A DNA stretch of 64,000 nt from an uncultured Clostridia bacterium (lineage in GTDB: Bacteria; Bacillota; Clostridia; TANB77; CAG-508), in assembly GCA_944393465.1 (NCBI GenBank), contig CALYAG010000009.1, forward strand, positions 3,240 to 67,239, written 5' to 3'. The notes below the pieces were generated by a model, which searched no databases, was not told the origin of the DNA, and saw nothing but the letters and a program-made list of their open reading frames with translations. Position 1 is the stretch's first letter. Each line of letters begins with the position of its first letter. The position numbers and the translations under genes were made by a program. Below, piece after piece: positions 9,760 to 20,499 of the stretch.

Positions 9760-10818
9760 TTAGAGTTCCGGAACCTCGCATTCTTTTTGCATTCTATGTA
9801 TCGCATAACTAATAGTTCTTTTTTCTCTATCTATCTTAGTTCCTTCTCCAAATATATGTATATCCAAAATATTTTGTTTTGCCAGTTCATCTACATTTTG
9901 CTTTTTTAATTTTTGCGTTTCAGTATCATACTCATACGCTACCAAGTTTCCCTCTTGTTTTACAAAAAATATTTTTCTTTCTTTTCCTGCTTTTTCAGCA
10001 AATTCCATGCCATCAAATATTTCCACATTTTTCTTTGGAAATATACTAAAAATATTTACATAGTTATAACTTCCAGTAGTATAATCCGTTTTAAACTCTG
10101 TATCGTTTGGCACTTTATGTGTATTAATAATGTCTATTAGCATTTCTATTTGCCTTCCCTTATCCTTTGTGCCAAACTTTTTTCTCATATATTCTTCATT
10201 ACTTGTAATTAATATTAATTTCTCAATGAAATCGTTTAAAGTAATGCCATGAAAATCTAGTCCAAATGTTTCATTCATTTTCCTGATATCTTTTTCAGTT
10301 ATTTTTCCGTTTCTAGCAAGTTCTACATTTATTCCCATATTTGCAAAATAGTTACCTATATATTCTACAAATTCGGCTTCCCTATTGCAGGCTAAAGTTT
10401 CGTAATTCAATCCAAAACCTCTCAATACTCTTCCTGTTTTAGACCTTGATAAATCTGCTGAAGCATTAAAAAAATAAATATTATATTTGTCTAGCATAAA
10501 ATATCCATCTACATGATGCTGAACATCCGACTTTAAATATCCTGCATTTACGCCCATTTGCCTCATTGCCTCGGCTATAGTAGCATTCTCTTGGTAACAA
10601 GTTGCTTTTCTATCCTCTTGTGTTTGCTTATTATATTGCTCTTCTACATATTCTCTGCTGTATGCATAATAAAAATTATAATTTTTTATATAAAATTGAC
10701 ACATTCTATAATAAATGTAATAAGCCTTTTCTATTGTATTTATATTTGGATATTTTTCTAATTCTTTTTTTATTTTATTTATGTGTTTTTGCTCAAATTC
10801 ACTAACTTGATAACTCAC
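9760..10818 (-). CDS. Hypothetical protein, possible transglutaminase-like cysteine protease fold
   Basis: 352-aa ORF; ATCYQ...HHVDGYF...YFFNASAD spacing resembles a Cys-His-Asp/Asn triad. Confidence 0.55.
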   Translation of the reverse strand: MSYQVSEFEQKHINKIKKELEKYPNINTIEKAYYIYYRMCQFYIKNYNFYYAYSREYVEEQYNKQTQEDRKATCYQENATIAEAMRQMGVNAGYLKSDVQHHVDGYFMLDKYNIYFFNASADLSRSKTGRVLRGFGLNYETLACNREAEFVEYIGNYFANMGINVELARNGKITEKDIRKMNETFGLDFHGITLNDFIEKLILITSNEEYMRKKFGTKDKGRQIEMLIDIINTHKVPNDTEFKTDYTTGSYNYVNIFSIFPKKNVEIFDGMEFAEKAGKERKIFFVKQEGNLVAYEYDTETQKLKKQNVDELAKQNILDIHIFGEGTKIDREKRTISYAIHRMQKECEVPEL

Positions 10819-10867
10819 TTTTTACTTAATTATTTAAGTTTTCCCCCTTTCAAACTATATTGACCAC

Positions 10868-10898
10868 AAAAGTGAACCTTTTAATTAGGTTCACTTTT
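10868..10898 (-). terminator. Terminator downstream of aspS
   Basis: AAAAGTGAACCT...AGGTTCACTTTT inverted repeat. Confidence 0.75.
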
Positions 10899-10982
10899 AC
10901 AAGCTTTGCATCAATGATTTTGTAAGTGTAAATATGGTTGTCCCGAATAACATTATTAAGGGTCTGCCCACCATAACACTAA

Positions 10983-12758
10983 CTATTCTTCATCTTCAAT
11001 CTCCGTTACTTTAATATGAACATCTTTTAGTTGTTCATCTGTAACTTTGCTTGGTGCATTCATCATAACATCTCTAGCTTTTTTGTTCTTAGGGAATGCT
11101 ATAACATCTCTTATATTGCCTGAGTCTGCAATAAGCATAATCATTCTATCTAATCCAGGTGCTGCACCTGCATGTGGTGGTGTACCATATTGGAATGCTG
11201 TATATAAAGCACCAAATTTTTTCTTAACATCTTCCTCTGTATAACCTGCTATTTCAAATGCTTTTGTCATTATTTCTGGGTCGTGGTTTCTAACAGCTCC
11301 TGATGCCATTTCATAACCATTGCAAACTAAATCAAATTGATAAGCAAGTATTTCTAATGGGTCTTTATTTTGTAGTGCTTCCATTCCACCTTGTGGCATT
11401 GAAAATGGATTATGATTAAAGTCTATTTTTTGCTCATCTTCATTATACTCATACATTGGAAAATCTACAATAAAGCAGAATTTGTATACATTTTTTTCAA
11501 TTAAATCTAATCTTTTACCAAGTTCAATTCTAACTAAACCTGCTATTTTTTGAGCTTTGTGGAATTCATCTGCTATGAAGAAAATGCTATCTCCTGCTTT
11601 TGCTCCAAGTTCAGTTTTTATTTCATCTGTAATAAATTTAGCAATTCCGCCAGTTAAGTTGTTTTCATCATCGACTTTGACCCAAGCTAAGCCTTGTGCC
11701 TCAGCCTCATTTACTGCATATTCTGTCATATTATCAAAGAATTTTCTACCTTGAGAACCACCTTTTGGCACAACAATTGCCTTAATAGTTTTATTTTTAA
11801 ACGCATTAAATTCAGTCTTTTTAAACAAGTTTGTTGCATCTTGTATAATAAGTGGATTTCTTAAGTCTGGTTTATCTATACCGTACTTCTCCATCGCTTC
11901 TTTGTAAGGAATTCTTACAAATGGTCCTTCATCAACTTTCCAATTTGTATGTTCTTTAAATACGCTTGGAACAACTTCTTCAATAACTTTGAAAACATCT
12001 TCTTGAGTTGCAAAAGCCATTTCAAAGTCAAGTTGATAAAATTCTCCTGGAGCTCTATCTGCTCTAGGGTCTTCATCTCTAAAACATGGTGCTATTTGAT
12101 AATATTTATCAAAACCAGAAACCATCAAAAGTTGCTTAAATTGCTGTGGCGCTTGTGGAAGTGCGTAGAATTTTCCTGCATGAAGTCTACTTGGAACTAA
12201 GTAATCTCTAGCACCTTCTGGTGATGAATTAGCCAATATTGGTGTTTGAATTTCTGTAAATCCTAACTCATCCATTTTATTTCTAATAGATTTCATAACT
12301 TTTGAACGCAAAAGTATGTTGTTGTGCAACTTGTCATTTCTTAAATCTAAATATCTATATTGAAGTCTCAAATCTTCTCTTACATTGTTAATATCTATTT
12401 TTTCTGAATTTATTTCAAAAGGTAATGAGCTTTTGCATTTGCCAAGTAATGTGATTTTAGTAGTTTCGATTTCTATTTCACCTGTTGGCATTTTAGGATT
12501 TTTGTTTGAACGCTCTACAACTTTTCCTTCTATGCTTATAACTGATTCTGGGTTAATTTCGTTCATTTGCTCTTTTAGTTTTTCGTCTGATATAACTAAT
12601 TGAGTAATGCCCTTTTCATCTCTTAAATCTACAAATTGCATTGAGCCTAAGTTTCTAATTCTTTGTACCCATCCAGCTAGTTCTACTGTTTCTCCGACAT
12701 TTTTTATATTTAATTCACCACAATTATGATTTCTATACATTTCTACTGCCCTTTCCAT
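10983..12758 (-). CDS. aspS: Aspartate--tRNA ligase
   Basis: YRNHNCGEL, PEGARDYLVPSR, ALPQAPQQFKQ, PPHAG; likely start is MYRNH after GAAAGGG. Confidence 0.98.
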   Translation of the reverse strand: MERAVEMYRNHNCGELNIKNVGETVELAGWVQRIRNLGSMQFVDLRDEKGITQLVISDEKLKEQMNEINPESVISIEGKVVERSNKNPKMPTGEIEIETTKITLLGKCKSSLPFEINSEKIDINNVREDLRLQYRYLDLRNDKLHNNILLRSKVMKSIRNKMDELGFTEIQTPILANSSPEGARDYLVPSRLHAGKFYALPQAPQQFKQLLMVSGFDKYYQIAPCFRDEDPRADRAPGEFYQLDFEMAFATQEDVFKVIEEVVPSVFKEHTNWKVDEGPFVRIPYKEAMEKYGIDKPDLRNPLIIQDATNLFKKTEFNAFKNKTIKAIVVPKGGSQGRKFFDNMTEYAVNEAEAQGLAWVKVDDENNLTGGIAKFITDEIKTELGAKAGDSIFFIADEFHKAQKIAGLVRIELGKRLDLIEKNVYKFCFIVDFPMYEYNEDEQKIDFNHNPFSMPQGGMEALQNKDPLEILAYQFDLVCNGYEMASGAVRNHDPEIMTKAFEIAGYTEEDVKKKFGALYTAFQYGTPPHAGAAPGLDRMIMLIADSGNIRDVIAFPKNKKARDVMMNAPSKVTDEQLKDVHIKVTEIEDEE

Positions 12759-12828
12759 TTTATTTTCAATATATATTATTATACTCAGTTTTTATGGTAA
12801 TTTCAAGACTTTTGAGTAAAAAGTCTTT

Positions 12829-13263
12829 CTATCTTTCCAACAATATTGTCACTGGTCCACTATTTTGAAGCGTTACTTCCATATGTGCTCCAAATACTCC
12901 TTTTTGAACTGGTACACTTTCCGCACATTTTTTACAAAAATACTCATAAATTTCATTTGCTTTTTCTGGCTTTGCTGCATTTATAAATGATGGTCTATTT
13001 CCACCAGAGCAATCTGCATATAGTGTGAATTGAGATATTAATAAAAGCTCTCCATTTATATCTTTTAGCCCTAAATTCATTTTGCCATTTTCATCTTCAA
13101 ATACTCTTAAATTAATTAGCTTTTTTGCTAAATAGTTAGCTTCTTTTTCTGTGTCATTTGGGCCTACACCAACAAGCACCATATAGCCTTGTTTAATTTG
13201 CCCTACTATTTTATTTTCTACTTCTACTTTTGCATTTTTTACTCTTTGTACTACTAATCTCAT
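12829..13263 (-). CDS. dtd: D-aminoacyl-tRNA deacylase
   Basis: MRLVVQRV, SQFTL, NSGPVT. Confidence 0.96.
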   Translation of the reverse strand: MRLVVQRVKNAKVEVENKIVGQIKQGYMVLVGVGPNDTEKEANYLAKKLINLRVFEDENGKMNLGLKDINGELLLISQFTLYADCSGGNRPSFINAAKPEKANEIYEYFCKKCAESVPVQKGVFGAHMEVTLQNSGPVTILLER

Positions 13264-13282
13264 TTTATCTCCTATCGTATTT

Positions 13283-13458
13283 TTTTCAGTTGGGGACGGT
13301 CCTAAAATGAAAAAATATATTATTTTTGTTTAAAGTCAATCCCCAAATTGAATTTTTTCATTTTAGGACCGTCCCCAACTGAAAAATTATATTATTTTTG
13401 TTTAAGTTCAATCCCCAAAATTGAATTTTTTCATTTTAGGACCGTCCCCAACTGAAAA
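13283..13458. repeat. REP-like array: one forward and two reverse copies at a 72-73 bp period
   Basis: Copies at 13283, 13355 and 13428; spacers homologous to those at 8.4 kb; last copy supplies the stop codon of the TrmH-family gene. Confidence 0.95.
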
Positions 13459-14240
13459 TTTCTCCTTACATATTCATAAATCATAATACCTGTTGCAACT
13501 GATGCATTCAAACTTTCTGTTTTACCTAGCATAGGTATTTTTACTCTTTCATTTGCTAATTCTTGCACTTCTTTACTTACTCCATTTGCTTCATTTCCTA
13601 TTACTACTACCGATTTATTGTAAGATATATCATAAATGCTGTTATTTGTATCTAATGAAGTAACCACGACTTTAAAATTATCTTTTTGCAAGTCTTTTAA
13701 AGTCTCAAGCAAGTCTTCTACTTCTATTATATTTACTCTATAAATTGCTCCCATTGTTGACCTTATAACTTTTGGGCTGTATGCATCTACAGTGTTTTTT
13801 GATACTATTATTTGTTTTAAATTTGCAGAATCAGCCGTTCTTATAATTGTTCCTAAATTTCCGGGATCTTGAATTCCATCTAAAGCAAGGATGTAGTCTG
13901 CAGTTTTATCAATGTTCATATTTGTTTCTTTAGCTACACCTTTATTATTTTTCTTATTTATAATAGCTAATACCCCTTGTGGAGATACAACATCTGTTAG
14001 TGTGTTAAAAACCTTTTCAGTTACTACTATACTATTAAATTTAGAAATATCTAATTCTAAATTAATGTCTTCTCTAATTATTATTAAGTCTATACTTGCA
14101 TTTTCATTTATTGCTTCCTCAAGCATTTTTATGCCTTCGACTATGAACTTATCTTTTCTGTATTTCTTTTCTTTTAATTTTCTTATTTCTTTTACAATTT
14201 CATTATCTTTACTTGAAATTATCATTTTACTTCCTTTCAA
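13431..14240 (-). CDS. TrmH/SpoU family RNA 2'-O-methyltransferase
   Basis: DGIQDPGNLGTIIRTAD, IGNEANGV, IPMLG.TESLNAS. Confidence 0.93.
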   Translation of the reverse strand: MKGSKMIISSKDNEIVKEIRKLKEKKYRKDKFIVEGIKMLEEAINENASIDLIIIREDINLELDISKFNSIVVTEKVFNTLTDVVSPQGVLAIINKKNNKGVAKETNMNIDKTADYILALDGIQDPGNLGTIIRTADSANLKQIIVSKNTVDAYSPKVIRSTMGAIYRVNIIEVEDLLETLKDLQKDNFKVVVTSLDTNNSIYDISYNKSVVVIGNEANGVSKEVQELANERVKIPMLGKTESLNASVATGIMIYEYVRRNFQLGTVLK

Positions 14241-14376
14241 ACTAAATATAATTTTTTGTATCTCATAATTTTAGCTTCCAATAAAATTTCAATTTTTTCG
14301 TGTATTCCTATTAAATTTGCGTTTTTTCACTTTTTATGTTATAATATATTTTAGACTTTTTTTTGGAGGAATTATT

Positions 14377-14595
14377 ATGGTTGATATACGGCAATATTGT
14401 GACAATTGTCCCCAAAAGGACACTTGTTCATTAGAGCAAAAAAGGGTATCAATTTCTTTGGACTATTACGAAACTCGTGATGGTCGAAAAATTTATTTTG
14501 AGGAAGCTAGAGATAAAGAATCTTATAATGATTCAAGCACTAGCGATTATCCATCTGGAGAGCAAATGTCGCTTTATGATTTCCTCAACAATTAG
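14377..14595 (+). CDS. Small Cys-rich protein with a C-terminal clamp-binding-like motif
   Basis: GGAGG before ATG 14377; own promoter TTGCGT-17-TATAAT at 14317-14345; CxxC..C and QMSLYDF; terminator follows. Confidence 0.7.
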   Translation: MVDIRQYCDNCPQKDTCSLEQKRVSISLDYYETRDGRKIYFEEARDKESYNDSSTSDYPSGEQMSLYDFLNN

Positions 14596-14599
14596 TCCG

Positions 14600-14630
14600 G
14601 TGCCACGGTCTTCCGTGGCGCTCTTTTTTG
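14600..14630 (+). terminator. Intrinsic terminator
   Basis: GTGCCACGG-TCTT-CCGTGGCGC followed by a T-run. Confidence 0.8.
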
Positions 14631-14631
14631 T

Positions 14632-14714
14632 TGTCAATGGGGACGGTTCTCTTTGACATGATTTTGTGTCAATAAGAACTGTCCCCATTGACAAAAGGAA
14701 CCATCCCAATTAAC
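14632..14714. repeat. REP-like cluster (TGTCAA-arm type): inverted pair plus a partial third copy
   Basis: TGTCAATGGGGACGGTTCTCTTTGACA 14632-14658; inverted copy 14667-14693; partial GAACCATCCCAATTAAC. Confidence 0.85.
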
Positions 14715-14726
14715 GCCAAAACGCAA

Positions 14727-17700
14727 TTATTTTTTAACCAAACCCTCTAAAAACTCCTTAACTTCCTTTACCACATCTTTTTCAATCCTTAATGTCACAT
14801 ATGGCTTTTCTCCTGGTGAAAATCTAACTTTAGTTTTATATTTTAGTATAATATCTCTTAATGCTTCATCACTTAAAGTTTTAAAGTATATAACCACATC
14901 ATTTTGTTTTTGTTGTAATTTTGTTACATTTGTTTTTCTACATAAATTTTTGATTCTTGCAATCTCTAGTAAATTATATACCTCAGCAGGCATTTCGCCA
15001 TATCTATCAATAATTTCATCAATAATATTTTGCACATCTTCTTCTGTTTTTGCACCTGCAATGTCTTGATAAATCTCAATCTTTTGAGCTGAATCTTCTA
15101 TATAATCTTCTGGTATATATGAAGAAATATTTAAGTCTATTGTAATTTCTTCCTCTTCTTCTACCTTTTCGCCTTTCATTTCTTTTACAACTTCGTTTAG
15201 AAGTTTGTTATACATATCATAACCAATTTGCTCAATATGTCCATGTTGCATTTCGCCAAATATACTTCCTGCACCCCTTATTTGCAAATCTCTTGTTGCT
15301 ATTTTAAATCCTGAACCAAATTCAGTAAATTCTTTTATGGCTTTTAGTCTTTGAGTTGCATCTTCTGAAAGCATTTTGTCTCTCTTGTAAGTTATGTATG
15401 CATAGGCTTGTTTATCGCTTCTACCAACTCTACCTCTTATTTGATAAAGTTGTGCTAAGCCAAATCTATCTGCATTTTCTACAATAATTGTATTTGCATT
15501 TGGTATGTCTATTCCTGACTCTAGTATTGTTGTGCAAACTAACACATTAGTTTTTCCATCTATGAAGTCTTGCATTATATCTTCTATTTCACTACCACTC
15601 ATTTTGCCATGTGCATATGCAACTTTTGCTTCTGGCACCAAGCTTTCTATTTCTTGTGCTTTTCTAGCTATTGACTCAACAATATTATATATGTAAAATA
15701 CTTGACCATTTCTTTCTAATTCTTTAGTAATAGCTTCTTTTATTACCTCTTTATCATATTCAAGCACATAAGTTTGAATAGGCTTTCTATTTTGTGGTGG
15801 TTCATATATAACTGACATATCTCTTATTCCAACAACTGACATTTGAAGTGTTCTAGGTATAGGAGTTGCAGTCATTGTAAGTACATCAATTGTTGCCTTA
15901 TACTGCTTAATCTTTTCTTTATCTTTTACTCCAAATCTGTGTTCCTCGTCTATTATTAAAAGACCTAAATCTTTAAATTCTACGTCTTTACTAAGAATTC
16001 TATGAGTTCCTATTACTATGTCTACTTTGCCCTGCTTTAATCTTTCTACTATATCTTTTTGTTGCTTTTGAGTTTTAAATCTATTTAATAGTTCAATTCT
16101 TATTGGATATTCAGCCATCCTTGTTTTAAACTCTTGGTATTGCTGGCTTGCCAAAATTGTTGTTGGTGCTAGGTATGCAACTTGCTTGCTATCCATAACA
16201 GCCTTAAATGCTGCTCTTATTGCAACTTCTGTTTTGCCATATCCAACATCTCCACAAAGAAGTCTGTCCATAGGTCTTGGACTTTCCATATCTTTTTTAA
16301 CTTCTTCTATACATCTTAGTTGGTCATTTGTTTCCGTGTACTCAAAACTATCTTCAAATTGTTTTTGAAATACTGTATCTTTTGAAAAAGCAAAGCCCTT
16401 TGCATTTTCTCTTTTAGCATATAATTCTATTAATTCTTTTGCAACAGCTCTTAAATTGCCTTTAACTCTAGCCTTGGTCTTTTCCCAATCTTTAGTTCCA
16501 AGTTTATTTAATTGTAAATGTCCTTCTGCTCCAATATATTTACGTACATTATCCAAATCTTCTGTTGGAACATATAAAATGTCGCCATCTCTATACTTTA
16601 ATTGAATAAAATCTTTAGTAACGCCATCAACTTTTATAGTATTTACACCTGTAAATATACCGATACCATGATTTTTGTGAACAATGTAATCTCCAACTTT
16701 AAGGTCTGCAAATACAATTTTTTCTGCATTTTTGAAAGTGTCTGAGACCTTTTTACGTTTAACATTTTTGTAAAAGAATTCATCACTGCTTAATACAACT
16801 AAGTTTGTATCCTTGTCTTCAAAGCCTGTAGTTAACGCACCTTCGCAAACAACAACTTCGCCTTGTTTTAAATTAACGTTATCTAAGGAATCTGCATAAA
16901 CAACTTGATTTCCTTTAGATTTTCTTATGCTTGTCGAATTTGTTTTATCACTACTTGCTCTTGTTTTCGAAATTGCTGATTTAATTTTGCTTTCATTTAA
17001 ATTATTATTGGGTTCTATTTCACTAGCATTATTAAGTGCTCTTAAAACTTTAGTTGTATTCTCCTTGTCACCTGCTAAAATAACGACTTTTTTATTGTTT
17101 TGCACATACTCATTTATACGCTCTTCTAAGTCTTTTACATCGCCTTTTATTAAATTAATTTCTTTAGTATTAAAATCATTTTTTAATGTATCTTGTTCAT
17201 ACAAATTGACTGTTTCTTTAAAATCAAAAACATAATCATTTAAATTGTGTAAAGACTCTGGCACTGCCCTTTCTTTTTCAATTAGAGCCTTTATTAAATT
17301 TTCATTTTCTTTTTGTATTGCTTCTACCCTTTGCTTAATTTTTTCAGGTTCATCTAAAAATATTGTAAAATTAGGTATGAAGTCTAAAAAGTTTGCTTGT
17401 TTTGTATAAAATTCATTAAAATATTTATCAATTCTTGTAGTATAATCTCCATTTTGTATAATCTCTAAATCTTCAAAAGAATAATTATCTAAAGCCTCTA
17501 TTCTTTTGCAAACATTTTGAATACTATCTTCCAAAATCATCTCTGTTGCAGGGTAAATTTCCACAGTTTTTAACATATCTGTGGATCTTTGTGAAGATAT
17601 TTTAAACTTTCTTATTGAGTCAATGTCATCTCCCCAAAACTCAATTCTTACGCCTTCTGTATCGCTTAAGCCAATGTCTAAAATATCGCCTCTAATGCTA

Positions 17701-18215
17701 AACTCTCCCTTGTTTTCTATTAAGTCAACTCTTTTATAACCCATTTGCACAAGGTATCTTTTAAGTTCTTCATGGCTTATTGTATCTGCTAAATTAAGTT
17801 TTAAAACAGTATTATACAAAGATTCTTTCGCAATCATTTTTTGCATAATTGCCTCAATTGTAGTAATTACAAGCTTTGTTTTACCTTTGTATATATTATT
17901 TAAAACTTGTATTCTTTTATATTCTATATCATTGCTTTCTGCATCATAATCATAAATTGAAATTTCTCTTTTAGGAAAATATTCTACCTTACCTGCAAAA
18001 TAGCTTAAGTTCTTTTCAAGCTCTTTTGCTTGCATTTCATTGTATGTAATAATGCAAATAGGCATCCTTTCTTCTTCAAATAATGCTCCTATAAGCTCTG
18101 TTTTAGCCACAGGAACAAGACCCGATATTTCTACCGGGCAATCATTATTTTTTAATTTTTCTTTAAATGACTTGTATTTTTGTGTTGAAGCCAAATCTCT
18201 TAATATATAGTTCAT
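14727..18215 (-). CDS. mfd: Transcription-repair coupling factor
   Basis: UvrB-like module, CarD/RID domain, [33 protein letters not shown]-terminus; start taken as MNY at 18215. Confidence 0.97.
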   Translation of the reverse strand: MNYILRDLASTQKYKSFKEKLKNNDCPVEISGLVPVAKTELIGALFEEERMPICIITYNEMQAKELEKNLSYFAGKVEYFPKREISIYDYDAESNDIEYKRIQVLNNIYKGKTKLVITTIEAIMQKMIAKESLYNTVLKLNLADTISHEELKRYLVQMGYKRVDLIENKGEFSIRGDILDIGLSDTEGVRIEFWGDDIDSIRKFKISSQRSTDMLKTVEIYPATEMILEDSIQNVCKRIEALDNYSFEDLEIIQNGDYTTRIDKYFNEFYTKQANFLDFIPNFTIFLDEPEKIKQRVEAIQKENENLIKALIEKERAVPESLHNLNDYVFDFKETVNLYEQDTLKNDFNTKEINLIKGDVKDLEERINEYVQNNKKVVILAGDKENTTKVLRALNNASEIEPNNNLNESKIKSAISKTRASSDKTNSTSIRKSKGNQVVYADSLDNVNLKQGEVVVCEGALTTGFEDKDTNLVVLSSDEFFYKNVKRKKVSDTFKNAEKIVFADLKVGDYIVHKNHGIGIFTGVNTIKVDGVTKDFIQLKYRDGDILYVPTEDLDNVRKYIGAEGHLQLNKLGTKDWEKTKARVKGNLRAVAKELIELYAKRENAKGFAFSKDTVFQKQFEDSFEYTETNDQLRCIEEVKKDMESPRPMDRLLCGDVGYGKTEVAIRAAFKAVMDSKQVAYLAPTTILASQQYQEFKTRMAEYPIRIELLNRFKTQKQQKDIVERLKQGKVDIVIGTHRILSKDVEFKDLGLLIIDEEHRFGVKDKEKIKQYKATIDVLTMTATPIPRTLQMSVVGIRDMSVIYEPPQNRKPIQTYVLEYDKEVIKEAITKELERNGQVFYIYNIVESIARKAQEIESLVPEAKVAYAHGKMSGSEIEDIMQDFIDGKTNVLVCTTILESGIDIPNANTIIVENADRFGLAQLYQIRGRVGRSDKQAYAYITYKRDKMLSEDATQRLKAIKEFTEFGSGFKIATRDLQIRGAGSIFGEMQHGHIEQIGYDMYNKLLNEVVKEMKGEKVEEEEEITIDLNISSYIPEDYIEDSAQKIEIYQDIAGAKTEEDVQNIIDEIIDRYGEMPAEVYNLLEIARIKNLCRKTNVTKLQQKQNDVVIYFKTLSDEALRDIILKYKTKVRFSPGEKPYVTLRIEKDVVKEVKEFLEGLVKK

Positions 18216-18366
18216 ATGCTTTTGGGGACACATCTCAAGCCAGCTGTTTTTAGGCAGTGTACCTAAAAACTCTTATGTGCCTCCAACCCCTTTCTTAAAA
18301 AGCAATTCATTGCTCTAATAAATATTATTTTAACACAAATTTGCCAAAAGCACAAGCACATTATGT

Positions 18367-19692
18367 TTAGTTAGATGTGATTTGCTTTATATATTCTTCT
18401 GTATTCCAAATAGCATAAAGTGGAATATTTAAAATCTTATTGTCAAATTTTATATTCAATAAAGAATATCTTATAGCAAATTCAGGATTATATTCTTTCA
18501 TATATACTTTTAAACTTTGAGCTTTGACATTAATTCCTGCTTTTGCTTCCACAGGTATTATTAAGTTCTTATATGCAAATACAAAATCCACTTCACTTTG
18601 AAATTCGTTTGACCAATAATAAATTGTGTTTATTTTTCTTATATTTTCTAGTTCTTGAAGTACAAACTGTTCTGTTAGTAATCCATTGAATTCATTGTAT
18701 ATTGCATCTTTTTCTATTATAGTTTCGTATGGCAATTCACAAAGCACCCTTAGTAGTCCTATATCTAATAAATATATTTTGAACGCTTTTAAATCTTCAT
18801 ATGCTTTTAATGGTTGCTTATCTCCACATTTTACTCTATTTACAATTTTTATTAGCCCAGTATCCTTTAACCAATTAATTGCATTTTCATACTCTCTAGC
18901 TCTAGCTCCATCTCGTACAACACCATATATAAATTTTCTATTTTCCTTTGCTAGTTGTGATGGTATACTGTCCCAAACATATTTTATTTTCGTGGCTGTA
19001 CCACTCTCTGTATGTTTAGAAAAATCTCTTTCATATGCTTCTAGAATACCTTTTTGTACTCTTTCTACAGATTCAAAATCCTTTTCCTCAATCCATGTTC
19101 TTACTGCCCTTGGCATTCCACCTATAACAAAATATTTTTTCAAATAATCTTTTAACTTGTCTGTTATTAAATCTGGTAGTTGTTCTAATTTATTCTTTTT
19201 AATTAAATCAACTAAAGTTTCTTCATTATTAGCAATTAAAAATTCTTCAAAATCTAATGGTTGTAATTCTAAAAAATCTACTTTTCCAACTGGAAATGAA
19301 ACTTCATCATGTAAAAATACTCCTAATAAGCTTCCTGCACAACATATTGCATATTCAGGCGTTTCTTCAGCAAAATATTTTAAAGATGTAAGTGCTCTTG
19401 GCAATTCTTGAATCTCATCAAATATTATTAATGTCTTTTGTGGTTCAATTTTCTTATGATTAAGTGCCGATAAATATTCTATAATTCTATTTGGTTCTAT
19501 ATTACCTTCAAATAGATTTGCAATATTTCCTGCATTTTCGAAGTTAATATATAAAACATCTTCAAAACATTCTTTTCCGAATTCTTGCAAAATCCATGTT
19601 TTGCCTACTTGTCTTGCTCCTTTTAAAATAAGAGGCAACCTATCCTTTTTGTCTTTCCATTCTCTTAATTCTGTTATAATTTTTCTATACAT
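18367..19692 (-). CDS. AAA_14 ATPase with DUF4143 domain
   Basis: GARQVGKT, FDEIQ, AGSLLG, GGMP, K.Y..D.GLL, EVDF...IPVEAK. Confidence 0.9.
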   Translation of the reverse strand: MYRKIITELREWKDKKDRLPLILKGARQVGKTWILQEFGKECFEDVLYINFENAGNIANLFEGNIEPNRIIEYLSALNHKKIEPQKTLIIFDEIQELPRALTSLKYFAEETPEYAICCAGSLLGVFLHDEVSFPVGKVDFLELQPLDFEEFLIANNEETLVDLIKKNKLEQLPDLITDKLKDYLKKYFVIGGMPRAVRTWIEEKDFESVERVQKGILEAYERDFSKHTESGTATKIKYVWDSIPSQLAKENRKFIYGVVRDGARAREYENAINWLKDTGLIKIVNRVKCGDKQPLKAYEDLKAFKIYLLDIGLLRVLCELPYETIIEKDAIYNEFNGLLTEQFVLQELENIRKINTIYYWSNEFQSEVDFVFAYKNLIIPVEAKAGINVKAQSLKVYMKEYNPEFAIRYSLLNIKFDNKILNIPLYAIWNTEEYIKQITSN

Positions 19693-19778
19693 CCAATCAT
19701 CTCCTTAATCATTAAAATATCCTTTTGACAATTTTTAAAATATTATGTTCACATATTTTAATTTAATAATCACAAATA

Positions 19779-19862
19779 TTATCACATTTTCTTGACCATT
19801 TTGCTTTTGTATTATCACATTTTCTTGACCAATATATTTATATTTTATCACATTTTCTTGAC
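19779..19862. repeat. Three direct 18-bp repeats at an exact 33-bp period
   Basis: TTATCACATTTTCTTGAC at 19779, 19812 and 19845. Confidence 0.9.
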
Positions 19863-19982
19863 TTTATGCAAGAAAAAAACACTATTAATCTATAATTTCA
19901 ATTAGGTTAATAGTGTTTTTTCGATAAATAGCTAAAAATATTGGAAAAGTGTATAGTAAATTTCTTGAAAAGTGTATATTGG

Positions 19983-20462
19983 TTATTTTTCTTCTATTTT
20001 GAAGTCATATGCAGTTATGTAATTAGATGTTGTGGCTATGTTTAGCTCTGTTGTTTCTCCTGGTTCAAGAGATTTTATAACTCCTGTTAATTTTGCTAAT
20101 TCTTCTCCATCATATGAAAGCAAGGTTATTTGTATTGTTTTTACTGGTGTTGCTTCTGTTCCATTATTTTTTACATCTGCTAAAAAGCTTGTCATTCCGC
20201 TTCTATTACTTAACTGAATATTTGTAATTAGCAAATCGCCAAGTGTTTTACTTGTGTTCATTGCTGTGCTTGTATTTACTTTTATACCATCTTCTACTTC
20301 TTGCACATAGCTTTCTACTTGGTTTTCAGTTTGGTTATTTTCATTTTCGTCTGAATTACCAGCTCTATTTATTAAGTAGATTGCCACTAGTGTAATAATT
20401 AGAATTATAGCAATTACTAAGATGATAATTATTTTTTTGTTATTATTTTTGGTTTTAATCAT
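19983..20462 (-). CDS. Membrane-anchored Ig-like (FxLYD/DUF3426-like) protein
   Basis: N-terminal TM helix; ADVKNNG...ITLLSYDGEEL...LEPGET. Confidence 0.7.
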   Translation of the reverse strand: MIKTKNNNKKIIIILVIAIILIITLVAIYLINRAGNSDENENNQTENQVESYVQEVEDGIKVNTSTAMNTSKTLGDLLITNIQLSNRSGMTSFLADVKNNGTEATPVKTIQITLLSYDGEELAKLTGVIKSLEPGETTELNIATTSNYITAYDFKIEEK

Positions 20463-20499
20463 AAAGTTTTCTCCTTTGAGTTTTAATCTAAATTTTATT

